Assembly (NCBI GenBank): GCA_045540075.1
Contig: JAZQGM010000155.1
Span: forward strand, 4,862-68,861
Direction: 5' to 3'
DNA: 64,000 nucleotides
DNA from: Acetatifactor sp.
GTDB taxonomy: Bacteria > Bacillota > Clostridia > Lachnospirales > Lachnospiraceae
The position numbers and the translations under genes are program-made. Each line of letters opens with the position of its first letter. Within the stretch, counting starts at the first letter, position 1. Below the pieces are notes generated by a model. That model saw nothing but the letters and a program-made list of their open reading frames with translations, was not told the origin of the DNA and ran no database searches. Positions 31,259 through 40,570 of this stretch are shown here, piece by piece.

Positions 31259-32986
31259 TCAACCGGTGTAGTCATACTTTTGGTACACCTTCTCAAGGGC
31301 TCTATAATCAATCTTACCCATCCCGGTAAGCGGCAGCTTATCCACACTCAGCACTGCCACAGGTTTACCACGCTCTTCCACATTCCGGTCGCAGTATGCA
31401 AAAATTTCCCGGCAGGCAGCCACAGCATCCACTCCCGGCATCAGCTCCACCAGTGCCAACGGGTACTGTCCCTGACTGTGAACGGCATCGTTTACGCCGA
31501 TGACCGCGCAGTTATGTACATCCGCCCGATCTGCAATCAGGCTCTCCAGATTGATGGGAAATACCTTATGGCCGTCAAAGCGTGTGATCATGCGCTTAAT
31601 GCGCCCCTTGATATAAAGGAAACCATCCTCATCCATATATCCCAGATCGCCGGAATGAATCCAGACCTGCCCGTCTGCATGTTTGCGCATTACATGGGCT
31701 GTTTCTTCAGGCTGATTGAAATATCCTTTCATCATAGATGGACCGGTGACGCAGACTTCCCCATTGCGGTTGTAGCCAAGCTCCTCCCCTGTCTCCGGGT
31801 CAAAGATACCCACATTGACTGTCAGTGACGGAATCCCCACACTGCCGGACTTGTAAACATCATTTACACAAAAAGACGCAGCCGCCGACAATTCAGACAT
31901 ACCGTACCCCTGGGCCAAAGGATATCTCATATTATGCTTTCGCCGAAATTCATCCAGCTTATGCTCCAGGCCCTCATTCATACTGTCACCGCCTGATGCC
32001 AGCGTGTACAGGAAAGACAAATCCATCTTCTGCACTTCTCTGCTGCCAATGAGCAGTTCAATAAATACCGGCGTACTAATCACATGCTGTGGCCGAAACA
32101 TCCTCACCAGTTTTCCAATCTCATTGGGAATAAATCTGGGAATGGGCACCAGCGTCATACGCATACACAAAGGCATATGTAACCCACAGACCATACCATA
32201 TGCTGCAAAAATGGGTATGATCCCCAGGAACCGATCTCCGTCTTCATGGAACACTGCTGAATGAATAAAATTCAGTCCCACAGAGTTCATGGAATCATTG
32301 GTCATCATGACTCCTTTGGGTCGTCCTGTGGTCCCTCCGGTATACGTGATCGCCACCAAAGCAGCTCCCACATAGGGAGCTTCTTTCACCACCACATTTC
32401 TGCCCATCTTTAGAAAGCTGCTCCATTTGATCACATGATTGCTGTATGAAACCTCCGTCTTGGTGGTCAGCCGTTTCACAGTCTTCTTTAAAAAGGGCAG
32501 GGACGTGGCCGCTGACTGTACGATGATCCACTCCTGGTGGATGTCATCCATGATCGGCAGCACCTTTGGAAACGCAATGTCCAACACCACCAAAATCCGG
32601 GATCCGGATTCCTGCACCATTCGCCGGATACTGGCCACATCCATACGGGGGTCTATGGTGTTGGCCGCCGCACCGATCTTGTTCAGTCCATACACTGAGG
32701 CAATGGTCTCAGGGGTAGCAACAGTCAGAAAAGACACTATCTCCCCCGGCTCGACACCCAGCGCCGTAAACCCACAGGCACATCTGTCCACTCGTGCCAT
32801 CAGCTCATGAAAGGAAATATTTGTTCCATAATAATGCAAGGCCGGCTGATCCAAGCGATCCTGATTCCGTTCAATGATATAATCATAAGCCTTACATCTA
32901 GGAAGCTGGGCCTTACGCGCCTCTTCAGAGTAATATTTCATCCATACTTTTTCTTCTGTAATCTTCTTATCTTTCGTACTACTCAT
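31259..32986 (-). CDS. Class I adenylate-forming enzyme (long-chain fatty acid-CoA ligase-like)
   Basis: YTGGTTGRPKG, QGYGMSE, SGDLG, GRIKR and GKID motifs; no signal peptide. Confidence 0.88.
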   Translation of the reverse strand: MSSTKDKKITEEKVWMKYYSEEARKAQLPRCKAYDYIIERNQDRLDQPALHYYGTNISFHELMARVDRCACGFTALGVEPGEIVSFLTVATPETIASVYGLNKIGAAANTIDPRMDVASIRRMVQESGSRILVVLDIAFPKVLPIMDDIHQEWIIVQSAATSLPFLKKTVKRLTTKTEVSYSNHVIKWSSFLKMGRNVVVKEAPYVGAALVAITYTGGTTGRPKGVMMTNDSMNSVGLNFIHSAVFHEDGDRFLGIIPIFAAYGMVCGLHMPLCMRMTLVPIPRFIPNEIGKLVRMFRPQHVISTPVFIELLIGSREVQKMDLSFLYTLASGGDSMNEGLEHKLDEFRRKHNMRYPLAQGYGMSELSAAASFCVNDVYKSGSVGIPSLTVNVGIFDPETGEELGYNRNGEVCVTGPSMMKGYFNQPEETAHVMRKHADGQVWIHSGDLGYMDEDGFLYIKGRIKRMITRFDGHKVFPINLESLIADRADVHNCAVIGVNDAVHSQGQYPLALVELMPGVDAVAACREIFAYCDRNVEERGKPVAVLSVDKLPLTGMGKIDYRALEKVYQKYDYTG

Positions 32987-33049
32987 CTCTCATCCCCTTC
33001 GTCTCAGACAAAGTGCGTGACGTTTTGGCCTTGTAACGGGTATTATCTT

Positions 33050-33068
33050 ACATAATTCACATTATGTC
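33050..33068. repeat. Left inverted repeat (candidate recombination site)
   Basis: ACATAATTCACATTATGTC, the exact reverse complement of 33361-33379. Confidence 0.92.
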
Positions 33069-33284
33069 GTGCACGGTGCTATGTTTTACTTAAAACCGCA
33101 TAATAAGGCACGCAGAAAGAAAACTTTTTTTTCAAGAAGTACTCCGGTGTCATTTTAGGGTACACAAAAGTACACCCTCCCAAAGTTTTTTCTCAAAAAC
33201 ATTCAAGAGGGTGATTTCGCGCGCACTTTTACAAAGACTATCCTGGCTTCTCCCCGACAAATTACACATTTTCCCATTTTACAC

Positions 33285-33313
33285 TTGATTTTTTTATTTA
33301 TGTATGCTATGCT
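33285..33313 (+). promoter_or_regulatory. Extended -10 SigA-type promoter inside the invertible segment, facing away from the operon
   Basis: TTGATT-17 nt-TATGCT with TGn before the -10. Confidence 0.65.
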
Positions 33314-33357
33314 TATGACGTTTACAAAGCGGATTCGTGCGTGTACAAGATTAGATT

Positions 33358-33390
33358 CCTGACATAATGTGAATTATGTCAGGCTTTTTT
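33358..33390 (+). terminator. Right inverted repeat that also forms a terminator-like hairpin
   Basis: CCTGACATAA-TGTGAA-TTATGTCAGG-CTTTTTT. Confidence 0.65.
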
Positions 33391-33398
33391 ATTGCCCA

Positions 33399-34235
33399 TT
33401 ATACCAATCCAAGCCGTTCTATACTTCTACGATGCTCTGTACCGGTGGTCATAATATAGATTCTCGTGGTGTCGATACTGCTATGCCCTAAAATATCTGC
33501 CAACCTGGCAATATCCTTCTCTATCCCATAAAAGGTGCGGGCAAACAGCTTACGCAGATTATGTGGAAATACCTTAGAAGCTGTGACACCGGCTTCCACA
33601 CACAGTGATTTCATCTGAGCCCAGATGCTGCTTCGATTCAATGGCTTTCCCTTCTTTGTCACAAATATCATCCCGGAAGCAATCTTTTCCTTGTGGGCAT
33701 AAGCTAAGAGTAGCTTCTTAAGCTTACCCGGAATCAAAATGTTTCTGGTCTTTCCCTTACAATTTACAACAACCTGCCCCTGCCTCACATCCTCTACTGT
33801 AAAAAACTGTAACTCTGAAACCCGGATTCCTGTGCCACAGATGGTCTGCATTACCAAGTGAAGCTGCGAATTGTTTTTTGCTGCAGATAACAAATGCTGA
33901 TACTCTTCTTTGGACAGTTCCTTCTCTTCCGAACAGAATACTTCCCTTTGCCGGCGTATGGACTTCACTTTACAGTCCGACCAGCCGGCATACTCCAATA
34001 GACTGTTTAAGCTTGCAAGCATGGAATTGATGGAACGGACGGCATAATCCTTCTCTAACAGATGCTCTTTGTAGGACAACACTAACTCCTTGGTTACGTC
34101 GGCGGCAGCTGCATAGGCGGCGAAGACGCGGACATCACGGATATATTTTTCTGTGGTTGCGGGGCTTTTTTCTTCTGTGATCAGATGATGACGGAAAGAT
34201 TCTAATAGGGTGTTGTTTATCTTTCTTTGTGGCAT
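33399..34235 (-). CDS. Tyrosine recombinase (XerC/D-sized)
   Basis: TGIRVSEL, KGK, HNLRK and LGHSSIDTTRIY; catalytic R-K-H-R-H-Y present. Confidence 0.93.
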   Translation of the reverse strand: MPQRKINNTLLESFRHHLITEEKSPATTEKYIRDVRVFAAYAAAADVTKELVLSYKEHLLEKDYAVRSINSMLASLNSLLEYAGWSDCKVKSIRRQREVFCSEEKELSKEEYQHLLSAAKNNSQLHLVMQTICGTGIRVSELQFFTVEDVRQGQVVVNCKGKTRNILIPGKLKKLLLAYAHKEKIASGMIFVTKKGKPLNRSSIWAQMKSLCVEAGVTASKVFPHNLRKLFARTFYGIEKDIARLADILGHSSIDTTRIYIMTTGTEHRRSIERLGLV

Positions 34236-34421
34236 TTTAAATTCCTCCTCGTGTTACACTTTTATTTTGGGGCAAGTCACTTGGCTCTGCCCTGTACGCA
34301 TAGTATACCAAATTTATTACATTCCAACCTATTAAAATCCACATTCATCTATTGACTTTTCGTCCTTATTTTGTTAATATAGTTATTGTTATATATCATA
34401 AGTTATATAAAGAGGTGTATT

Positions 34422-34982
34422 ATGCCGCCGAAGATAAGAATTACAAAAAAAGATATTATCAACACAGCTGTTAACATCGTCCGAAAAGAGGGGGTTCTTG
34501 CATTGAATGCAAGAAATATTGCCGGGGCGCTGAATTGTTCCACGCAGCCAATATTCTCTAATTTTGCAACCATGGACGAGCTACGCCTTGCAGTGGTAGA
34601 AGCTGCTGATGGCCTGTGTCAGGAGTATATACAGCGTGAAATGGAAAATGGGGAATACCCTGCGTATAAGGCAAGCGGTATGGCTTATATCCGTTTTGCC
34701 AAGGAAGAAAAAGAACTTTTTAAACTGCTATATATGCGTGACCGCACTACCGAGACGATTCAAGAGGAAACAGAAAGCAACGCACAAATAGAATCCATGG
34801 TACAGAGCAATACCGGGTTGAACGGACCAACTGCCAAGCTGTTCCACCTGGAAATGTGGGCATATGTCCACGGCATTGCCACCATGATCGCCACCGGATT
34901 TCTGGAATTGGATTGGGATCTGATCAGCCGAATGCTGACGGATTCTTATCAAGGGTTAAAAAAGCAATATAACAAGGAGTAA
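34422..34982 (+). CDS. TetR/AcrR regulator (WHG-like C-terminus)
   Basis: N-terminal HTH LNARNIA...STQPIF; WAYVHG. Confidence 0.88.
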   Translation: MPPKIRITKKDIINTAVNIVRKEGVLALNARNIAGALNCSTQPIFSNFATMDELRLAVVEAADGLCQEYIQREMENGEYPAYKASGMAYIRFAKEEKELFKLLYMRDRTTETIQEETESNAQIESMVQSNTGLNGPTAKLFHLEMWAYVHGIATMIATGFLELDWDLISRMLTDSYQGLKKQYNKE

Positions 34983-35716
34983 TGAATATGGATGCCATCA
35001 GAATAGAATCACTTACAAAGAAATATAAAGATGTGACTGCAGTAGACAATCTCTGTCTTACCGTAACAAAGGGCGAACTTTTCTCGCTCCTTGGCGTCAA
35101 CGGCGCCGGCAAGACCACCACGATCAAGATGCTCTCCTGCCTAACCGCTCCCACAAGCGGCGATGCACTTTTATACGGTAAGAGTATCCTCTCTGACACC
35201 GCCGCGGTCAAATCCCTTATCGCCGTGTCCCCCCAGGAGACAGCAGTGGCCCCCGGTCTTACCGCAAAGGAAAATTTGGAATTGATGTGTGGTGTCCACG
35301 GCTTTCCTCGCACAAAATGGGAAGAAAAGATTAGAACGCTTACCGCTACTTTGAATCTGCAGTCTATTCTTTCGAAGAAAGCCGGTAAGCTCTCCGGCGG
35401 CTGGCAGCGCAGGCTCAGCATTGCCATGGCACTGATCAGTGAACCTCAGATTCTTTTTCTGGATGAACCCACTCTGGGGCTGGATGTCATTGCCCGAAGC
35501 GATCTGTGGGACGTGATTCGCTCTCTGAAGGGGAAAGTAACGATTATTCTGACCACACACTACATGGAAGAAGCCGAAGCACTTTCCGACCGCATTGCCA
35601 TCATGAAAGATGGAAGGTTATTGTTCTGTGCCACAGCTGACGAGATCAAAGAAAAAGCGGATACAGACAATTTTGAACAAGCCTTTATCCGCATCGTAAA
35701 GGAGGCCATCCTATGA
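34982..35716 (+). CDS. ABC transporter ATP-binding protein
   Basis: GVNGAGKT, LSGG, DEPT and TTH motifs. Confidence 0.93.
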   Translation: MNMDAIRIESLTKKYKDVTAVDNLCLTVTKGELFSLLGVNGAGKTTTIKMLSCLTAPTSGDALLYGKSILSDTAAVKSLIAVSPQETAVAPGLTAKENLELMCGVHGFPRTKWEEKIRTLTATLNLQSILSKKAGKLSGGWQRRLSIAMALISEPQILFLDEPTLGLDVIARSDLWDVIRSLKGKVTIILTTHYMEEAEALSDRIAIMKDGRLLFCATADEIKEKADTDNFEQAFIRIVKEAIL

Positions 35717-36444
35717 GAATGCTCACATTTGCCAACCGCAATACTAAAGAGATCCTGCGCGATCCACTGAATCTGGCTTTCGGCCTTGGTTTTCCCATTG
35801 TGTTGATCCTGCTTCTCAGCGCCATCCAGGCCAACGTGCCTGTGGGCCTTTTTGAAATACAGCACCTTACTCCCGGCATTACCGTGTTCGGCCTTTCCTT
35901 TATGACACTTTTCTCTGCCACCATTATCGCAAAGGACAGAACAAGCTCCCTGCTTCAGCGATTGTACACCTCGCCACTGACTGCCATGGACTTTATCCTG
36001 GGATACACCCTTCCCATCCTTCCCATTGCAGTGGCGCAGTGCATGATTTGTTATGTGATAGCCATCTTCCTTGGTCTGGAAGTAACAGCGTCTATCTTGT
36101 ATGCCATTTTATTTATCATTCCGGTATCCATCCTATTTATTGCACTGGGACTTCTCTTCGGAAGCATACTCACCGACAAACAAGTCGGCGGCATCTGCGG
36201 AGCACTGCTGACCAACCTCTCCGCATGGTTGTCCGGCACCTGGTTTGATCTGGAACTGGTGGGCGGAGCTTTCAAAAGAATCGCCTACGCACTTCCTTTT
36301 GTCCATGCTGTAGAACTGGAGCGTGCAGTGCTTGACGATAACTTTCAAGAGATCTTCCCACATTTATGGTGGGTGCTAGGATATGGGACTGTGACACTGA
36401 TCGCGGCAGTACTGCTCTTTCTTAGGCAGATGAAAAGGCAATAG
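35713..36444 (+). CDS. ABC-2 type permease
   Basis: Six TMs; coupled to the ATPase gene. Confidence 0.88.
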   Translation: MRMLTFANRNTKEILRDPLNLAFGLGFPIVLILLLSAIQANVPVGLFEIQHLTPGITVFGLSFMTLFSATIIAKDRTSSLLQRLYTSPLTAMDFILGYTLPILPIAVAQCMICYVIAIFLGLEVTASILYAILFIIPVSILFIALGLLFGSILTDKQVGGICGALLTNLSAWLSGTWFDLELVGGAFKRIAYALPFVHAVELERAVLDDNFQEIFPHLWWVLGYGTVTLIAAVLLFLRQMKRQ

Positions 36445-36489
36445 CCGCGCCATCACAGACACCCCATGGACTGTTGCGCCATTATGGGC

Positions 36490-36957
36490 TCAACCATTAC
36501 CTGTGGGAATATAGGGCCGGATGGACATGGCTACATTGGAAATTGGCATGGTCTGCAACCATACTTTACCCGGACCGGTCAGCACAGTATTGAAGATCCC
36601 TTCACCACCCAGAAGCATATTTTTCATGCCGGGCACCTGTCTGATATCCATCTGCACACCGGGGGTAAAACCAGCCACATTACCGGTGTCCACTACAATC
36701 TGCTGTCCTGCCTGAGCAGCCAGAAACGCACTCTTCTGTACGATCATTTCCTGACCTCTACCGATCATTACCGGTTTGATCTGACCGGGAAAACTGGAAC
36801 CAAAAGCAATCAGCCCATTCCCCCTTGCTGTGTAAATATTCTGAAAGATGCTCTCACCGGAAAACGCCTTGGCGAACATGCGACCAAGACCGCCTCCGCT
36901 GGTCTCCATCTGCATATTGGGGCTCATCCACACCATAGAGCCTCTCTCTGTGATCAT
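36490..36957 (-). pseudogene. AIM24/TIGR00266 family gene, N-terminally truncated with an apparent internal deletion
   Basis: ERGSM, SGES, QKSAFLA joined directly to GQQIVVDTG, then GGEG...GPGKVWLQT; shorter than I expect for the family and no RBS. Confidence 0.6.
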
Positions 36958-37112
36958 CTATAAATGATTATGTTCAATTTCCTCTTGGCAAAACCAAATA
37001 TTTACCATAAAATAATTATTAAAGAATATTTTGGTATCTCTAAGGACAATATGGGATTTACACCCAAACTCGCAATTTTTATAATAAAATTATAGGTGAA
37101 TCGGAGGATTAT

Positions 37113-37988
37113 ATGAAGACTTATCTTCGGCACAGGATCAGCAATGCAATTGATATCAAAGAACTGATTGCGCTGGAATTTTTAGACTTTGAAGGAAAGT
37201 ACAAGAACTATGTAGAAGCTCATGACTTTTGGGAGCTGTGCTACATAATGGACGGACATGTCACTCTTTCTTTAGAGGATCGTAAAATGGAGCTGTCCAA
37301 GCACCAGCTTGTTCTGATCTCCCCCAATAAGCGGCATTCCTATTTTTCTGAAAACGGGAATCAAAGCCGGGCTTTTGTGGTGTGTTTTGATAGTTTTTCC
37401 CAGGCACTTGCACCTATTAGTGACACGCTTTTTTTACCAGACAAGGTGCAGCCGGATTGTATGGAAAAGATTATCGATGAATGTGCAGCCACTTTTCACA
37501 TGAATGAAAGCGACCATCTGGAGGTTCTTTCTGCCCCGCGCTTTGGGGGGCAGCAGGCGCTTTTGCTCCAGCTGGAATATCTCCTAATCAATCTGATCCG
37601 GAGAATGTCTGTGGAGAAAAATTCGGATATTGTCTTTTTCAGTGACGAAAATTTTCATGCGGATCTGGTCAATGTGATGCTTCGGTTTTTGCGGAAAAAC
37701 GTCCACAAGAAGCTGTCTCTCCATGAAATCTGCAGCAAATTCGGCTACTCCAGATCCTTTCTGTGCAAGACCTTCAAAGATCAAACCGGAGAAACCCTGA
37801 TCACCTGCTTTAACCGTTTGAAGCTGGAAGAAGCCAAACGGATGCTGACAGAAACGTCTCATTCTGTCACAACCATTGCCTGTTCCCTGGGCTTTCGTGA
37901 GGTAAAGTATTTTGATGCTCTGTTTAAAAAACAGGTAGGCATGACTCCTCTGGCCTACCGGGAATCCGGGGCAAAGAACCTAAAATAG
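37113..37988 (+). CDS. AraC family regulator
   Basis: HDFWEL cupin; LGFREVKYF...FKKQVGMTP. Confidence 0.9.
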   Translation: MKTYLRHRISNAIDIKELIALEFLDFEGKYKNYVEAHDFWELCYIMDGHVTLSLEDRKMELSKHQLVLISPNKRHSYFSENGNQSRAFVVCFDSFSQALAPISDTLFLPDKVQPDCMEKIIDECAATFHMNESDHLEVLSAPRFGGQQALLLQLEYLLINLIRRMSVEKNSDIVFFSDENFHADLVNVMLRFLRKNVHKKLSLHEICSKFGYSRSFLCKTFKDQTGETLITCFNRLKLEEAKRMLTETSHSVTTIACSLGFREVKYFDALFKKQVGMTPLAYRESGAKNLK

Positions 37989-38030
37989 GTGGTTTTTGAT
38001 ACCACCGGAAATTCAATGGAGGATATGATT

Positions 38031-39227
38031 ATGAACTATTCAAAAATCGAAGGAAACGAGTATCTTTCAAGAGTTAACGCACTTCGCGCCAAAATGCAAG
38101 AAGCAGATGTAGATCTTGTGGTTGGATTTTCCAATCTGCTGGAGATCGCTATTGTCCGTTATTACTGTGGATTTGCCCCTGTGAATGAAAGCTCCGCCAT
38201 TATCATTCCGGCAGACGGTGAAGTGATTGTCTGCAGCGGCCAGGCATCCTATGACTATTGCCAGGTGCAGAATGCACTGCCCCAAAGCCGCATCGCCATC
38301 CTTCCGGAAATCGGCGAAGTCAGCGGATTTGAATACGATACAGAGGGACAGCTGGATTTTGAAGAACTGTTCCAACAGGTTAAGGCAAGCCATCCCGGCA
38401 TCAAGAAGATCGGATTTATCGGCAGACTGATCTTCCCGTCCATCATCATGAAAAAACTGCAGAAAGTATTTGCGGACGCAGAGATTGTTGACTGTGATGA
38501 TATCCATTATGAGCAGAGAATCCGCAAGAGTCCCGCAGAAATTGAAATCCTGAAAACCAACTGGGAAATGGTTTCCACCATGTTTGAGCGTGTGGTTCCC
38601 AAGATCGCAGTAGGTATGACTGAGCGACATATTGAGGGCATGTTCGAAGCTGAAATGATGAGCCTCGGCGCAGAAAGCTACGTACAGGCTTTTGCACCCA
38701 TGGTTGCTACCGGCCCTCAGAACTCTTACATCAGTATGTGCAGAAACACTCTGCGCCAGATCAAAGAAAGCGAGATCATCAACATGGGCGCCGGCGTATG
38801 CTACGAAGGCTACAATGGCATCATCTGCAGCCCCCTGGTACTGGGCCAGATTCCCCAGAAGATCAAGGATGCCGTTCAATGTGCTTATGAGGCCCTGAAT
38901 TATGCCTCCGCCAAAATGCTCCCCGGCACACCCTGCGACGTGGTTTTAAATGCCTACACCGATTACCTGACCAAATACGGCTATATTGATTATTGCCCTT
39001 ACGGCAGCCTCCACAGCACCGGTATGTTGGAATGCGAAGCTCCCGTTTTCTCCACCACCAACAAACGCGTGATTGAAGAAAATATGGCCATCTGTATCGA
39101 TGCATACTTCAAAGGCATGGAATGGGGATCCTTCCGTATTGAAGACTGCTACCTTATCACAGATAAGGGCGCACAGCGCATGACTACCTACAACGACAAA
39201 GCAATTCCCCAAATCTTCGGTTTATAA
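38031..39227 (+). CDS. M24 (Xaa-Pro peptidase/creatinase) fold protein
   Basis: Creatinase-N-like region, RIRKSPAEI, HSTG..E.EAP and RIED. Confidence 0.8.
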   Translation: MNYSKIEGNEYLSRVNALRAKMQEADVDLVVGFSNLLEIAIVRYYCGFAPVNESSAIIIPADGEVIVCSGQASYDYCQVQNALPQSRIAILPEIGEVSGFEYDTEGQLDFEELFQQVKASHPGIKKIGFIGRLIFPSIIMKKLQKVFADAEIVDCDDIHYEQRIRKSPAEIEILKTNWEMVSTMFERVVPKIAVGMTERHIEGMFEAEMMSLGAESYVQAFAPMVATGPQNSYISMCRNTLRQIKESEIINMGAGVCYEGYNGIICSPLVLGQIPQKIKDAVQCAYEALNYASAKMLPGTPCDVVLNAYTDYLTKYGYIDYCPYGSLHSTGMLECEAPVFSTTNKRVIEENMAICIDAYFKGMEWGSFRIEDCYLITDKGAQRMTTYNDKAIPQIFGL

Positions 39228-39241
39228 AAGGAGGACACACC

Positions 39242-39610
39242 ATGGAAAAAGGAAAGAAAAACTGGGTCTTCTGTGACGGCTATCTGCCGCCTCACGGCGA
39301 CAACCCTGAATTTGAAGGACATGAAGCACTGATGCTGACCAACCTCAATGAAGAAAAAGCAAACCTAGAACTGGCACTGATCTTTGAGGACAGAGAACCG
39401 GTCACAGGCATATGCGTGGAGCTGGACGGCATGAGAACCACCTCCATTCGCATGGATCATCCTTTGGGAAAAGATCAGTTCATGTTAAAAGAATCTGAAC
39501 AGTATACTGTATGGGTTAAGAGCGATATTCCTATCTGCGCCTGCTTTGGCAGACTGGATGTGCGCCAGACTAATATGGCTTACTACAGTGTGGAAGGTTA
39601 TTCATTTTAA
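39242..39610 (+). CDS. Anabaena sensory rhodopsin transducer (ASRT) family protein
   Basis: GKKNWVFCDGYLP, HEAL..TN, FEDREP and SDIPI...RLD. Confidence 0.75.
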   Translation: MEKGKKNWVFCDGYLPPHGDNPEFEGHEALMLTNLNEEKANLELALIFEDREPVTGICVELDGMRTTSIRMDHPLGKDQFMLKESEQYTVWVKSDIPICACFGRLDVRQTNMAYYSVEGYSF

Positions 39611-39629
39611 TCATTGATATCTCATTATA

Positions 39630-39662
39630 AAAAATTGCCCGGTGTCATCGGGCAATTTTTTT
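39630..39662. terminator. Bidirectional terminator
   Basis: AAAAATTGCCCG-gtgtcat-CGGGCAATTTTT. Confidence 0.8.
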
Positions 39663-39684
39663 CTCTATCCTTTTATCCTTGTCT

Positions 39685-40398
39685 CTATTCCTCTGTCGTC
39701 AGTAGCCATCCATGATCATCGTGGTATATCATCTGTTTTGTCATACCACCATCGATGCAAATATTTTCACCTGTAATAAATCCAGCCTTGTCAGAACACA
39801 GGAACAACACCATATTTGCAATATCCATGGTGTTACCTACCCGCCCAACCGGCTGCTGTACAGCGTCTGCGCCTGTGTAAATTCTGTTTTCAGTATCAAT
39901 CCATCCCGGCGAAATCGAGTTAACCCGTACTTTCCCGGCCAAACTGATGGCTAATGCGTGAGTCAACGCAGATATGCCGCCCTTAGCCGCAGTATAACTT
40001 TCACTTTGCGGCTGGCTCATACGGTCACGTGAGGAAGAAATATTAATGATACTTGCCCCTTGGGTAAAGTAAGGTGCAAATAATTTGCTCAAATAAAACG
40101 GTGCGGTGATACCAACATTCAGTGCCTCCTGAAATTGTTCCCATGTGCAACTGTCAATACCTCGCATTTTCGGAGGTGCATTGTTCACCAAAACATCTAT
40201 ACGTCCGTATTTTTTAATAACGGATTGCGCAAAATCTTCTAAAACCTCTTTACTTCCAATATCGCCTACATAATGATCACCTTCGACACAATCAATGACG
40301 CAAACATGCGCATCATTTTTTCTAAATTCTTGGGCCGTGCAAAGCCCAATGCCATGAGCACCGCCAGTGATAACAACGACTTTATCTGCAAATGTCAT
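39685..40398 (-). CDS. SDR family oxidoreductase
   Basis: TGGAHGIG, NNA, YTAAK and NSISPG motifs. Confidence 0.9.
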   Translation of the reverse strand: MTFADKVVVITGGAHGIGLCTAQEFRKNDAHVCVIDCVEGDHYVGDIGSKEVLEDFAQSVIKKYGRIDVLVNNAPPKMRGIDSCTWEQFQEALNVGITAPFYLSKLFAPYFTQGASIINISSSRDRMSQPQSESYTAAKGGISALTHALAISLAGKVRVNSISPGWIDTENRIYTGADAVQQPVGRVGNTMDIANMVLFLCSDKAGFITGENICIDGGMTKQMIYHDDHGWLLTTEE

Positions 40399-40570
40399 AT
40401 TATTTACCTCATTGTAGTTTATTAATATTTTCGAACAGTATATATTTGTTAATAGCAGTAACATGCTACACTACAAACCCAAAGTGTCTCTCCACTTTTT
40501 TTACTGTTTCATCAACTGTACTTTTTGAAGTTCTTTCAATCCAATAATAATCACTATCCTTGGAAAAATT

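Larger units (their letters stand above)
33050..33379. mobile_element. Candidate invertible promoter switch
   Basis: Non-coding segment bounded by a perfect 19-bp IR, starting 20 bp from the recombinase stop codon, with an internal promoter. Confidence 0.8.

Noticed and set aside
31200-31261. TGA read-through or recoding at the end of the acyl-CoA ligase
   Set aside because: The protein is already complete after the GKID motif and I see no recoding signal.
24372-32986. A true cellulosome locus
   Set aside because: Only one cohesin, no recognisable CBM, and no dockerin-bearing glycoside hydrolase.
33050-33379. Inverted repeats as the chromosomal dif site or as attL/attR
   Set aside because: The core resembles dif, but there are two copies in inverted orientation about 300 bp apart, which gives inversion rather than dimer resolution or excision.
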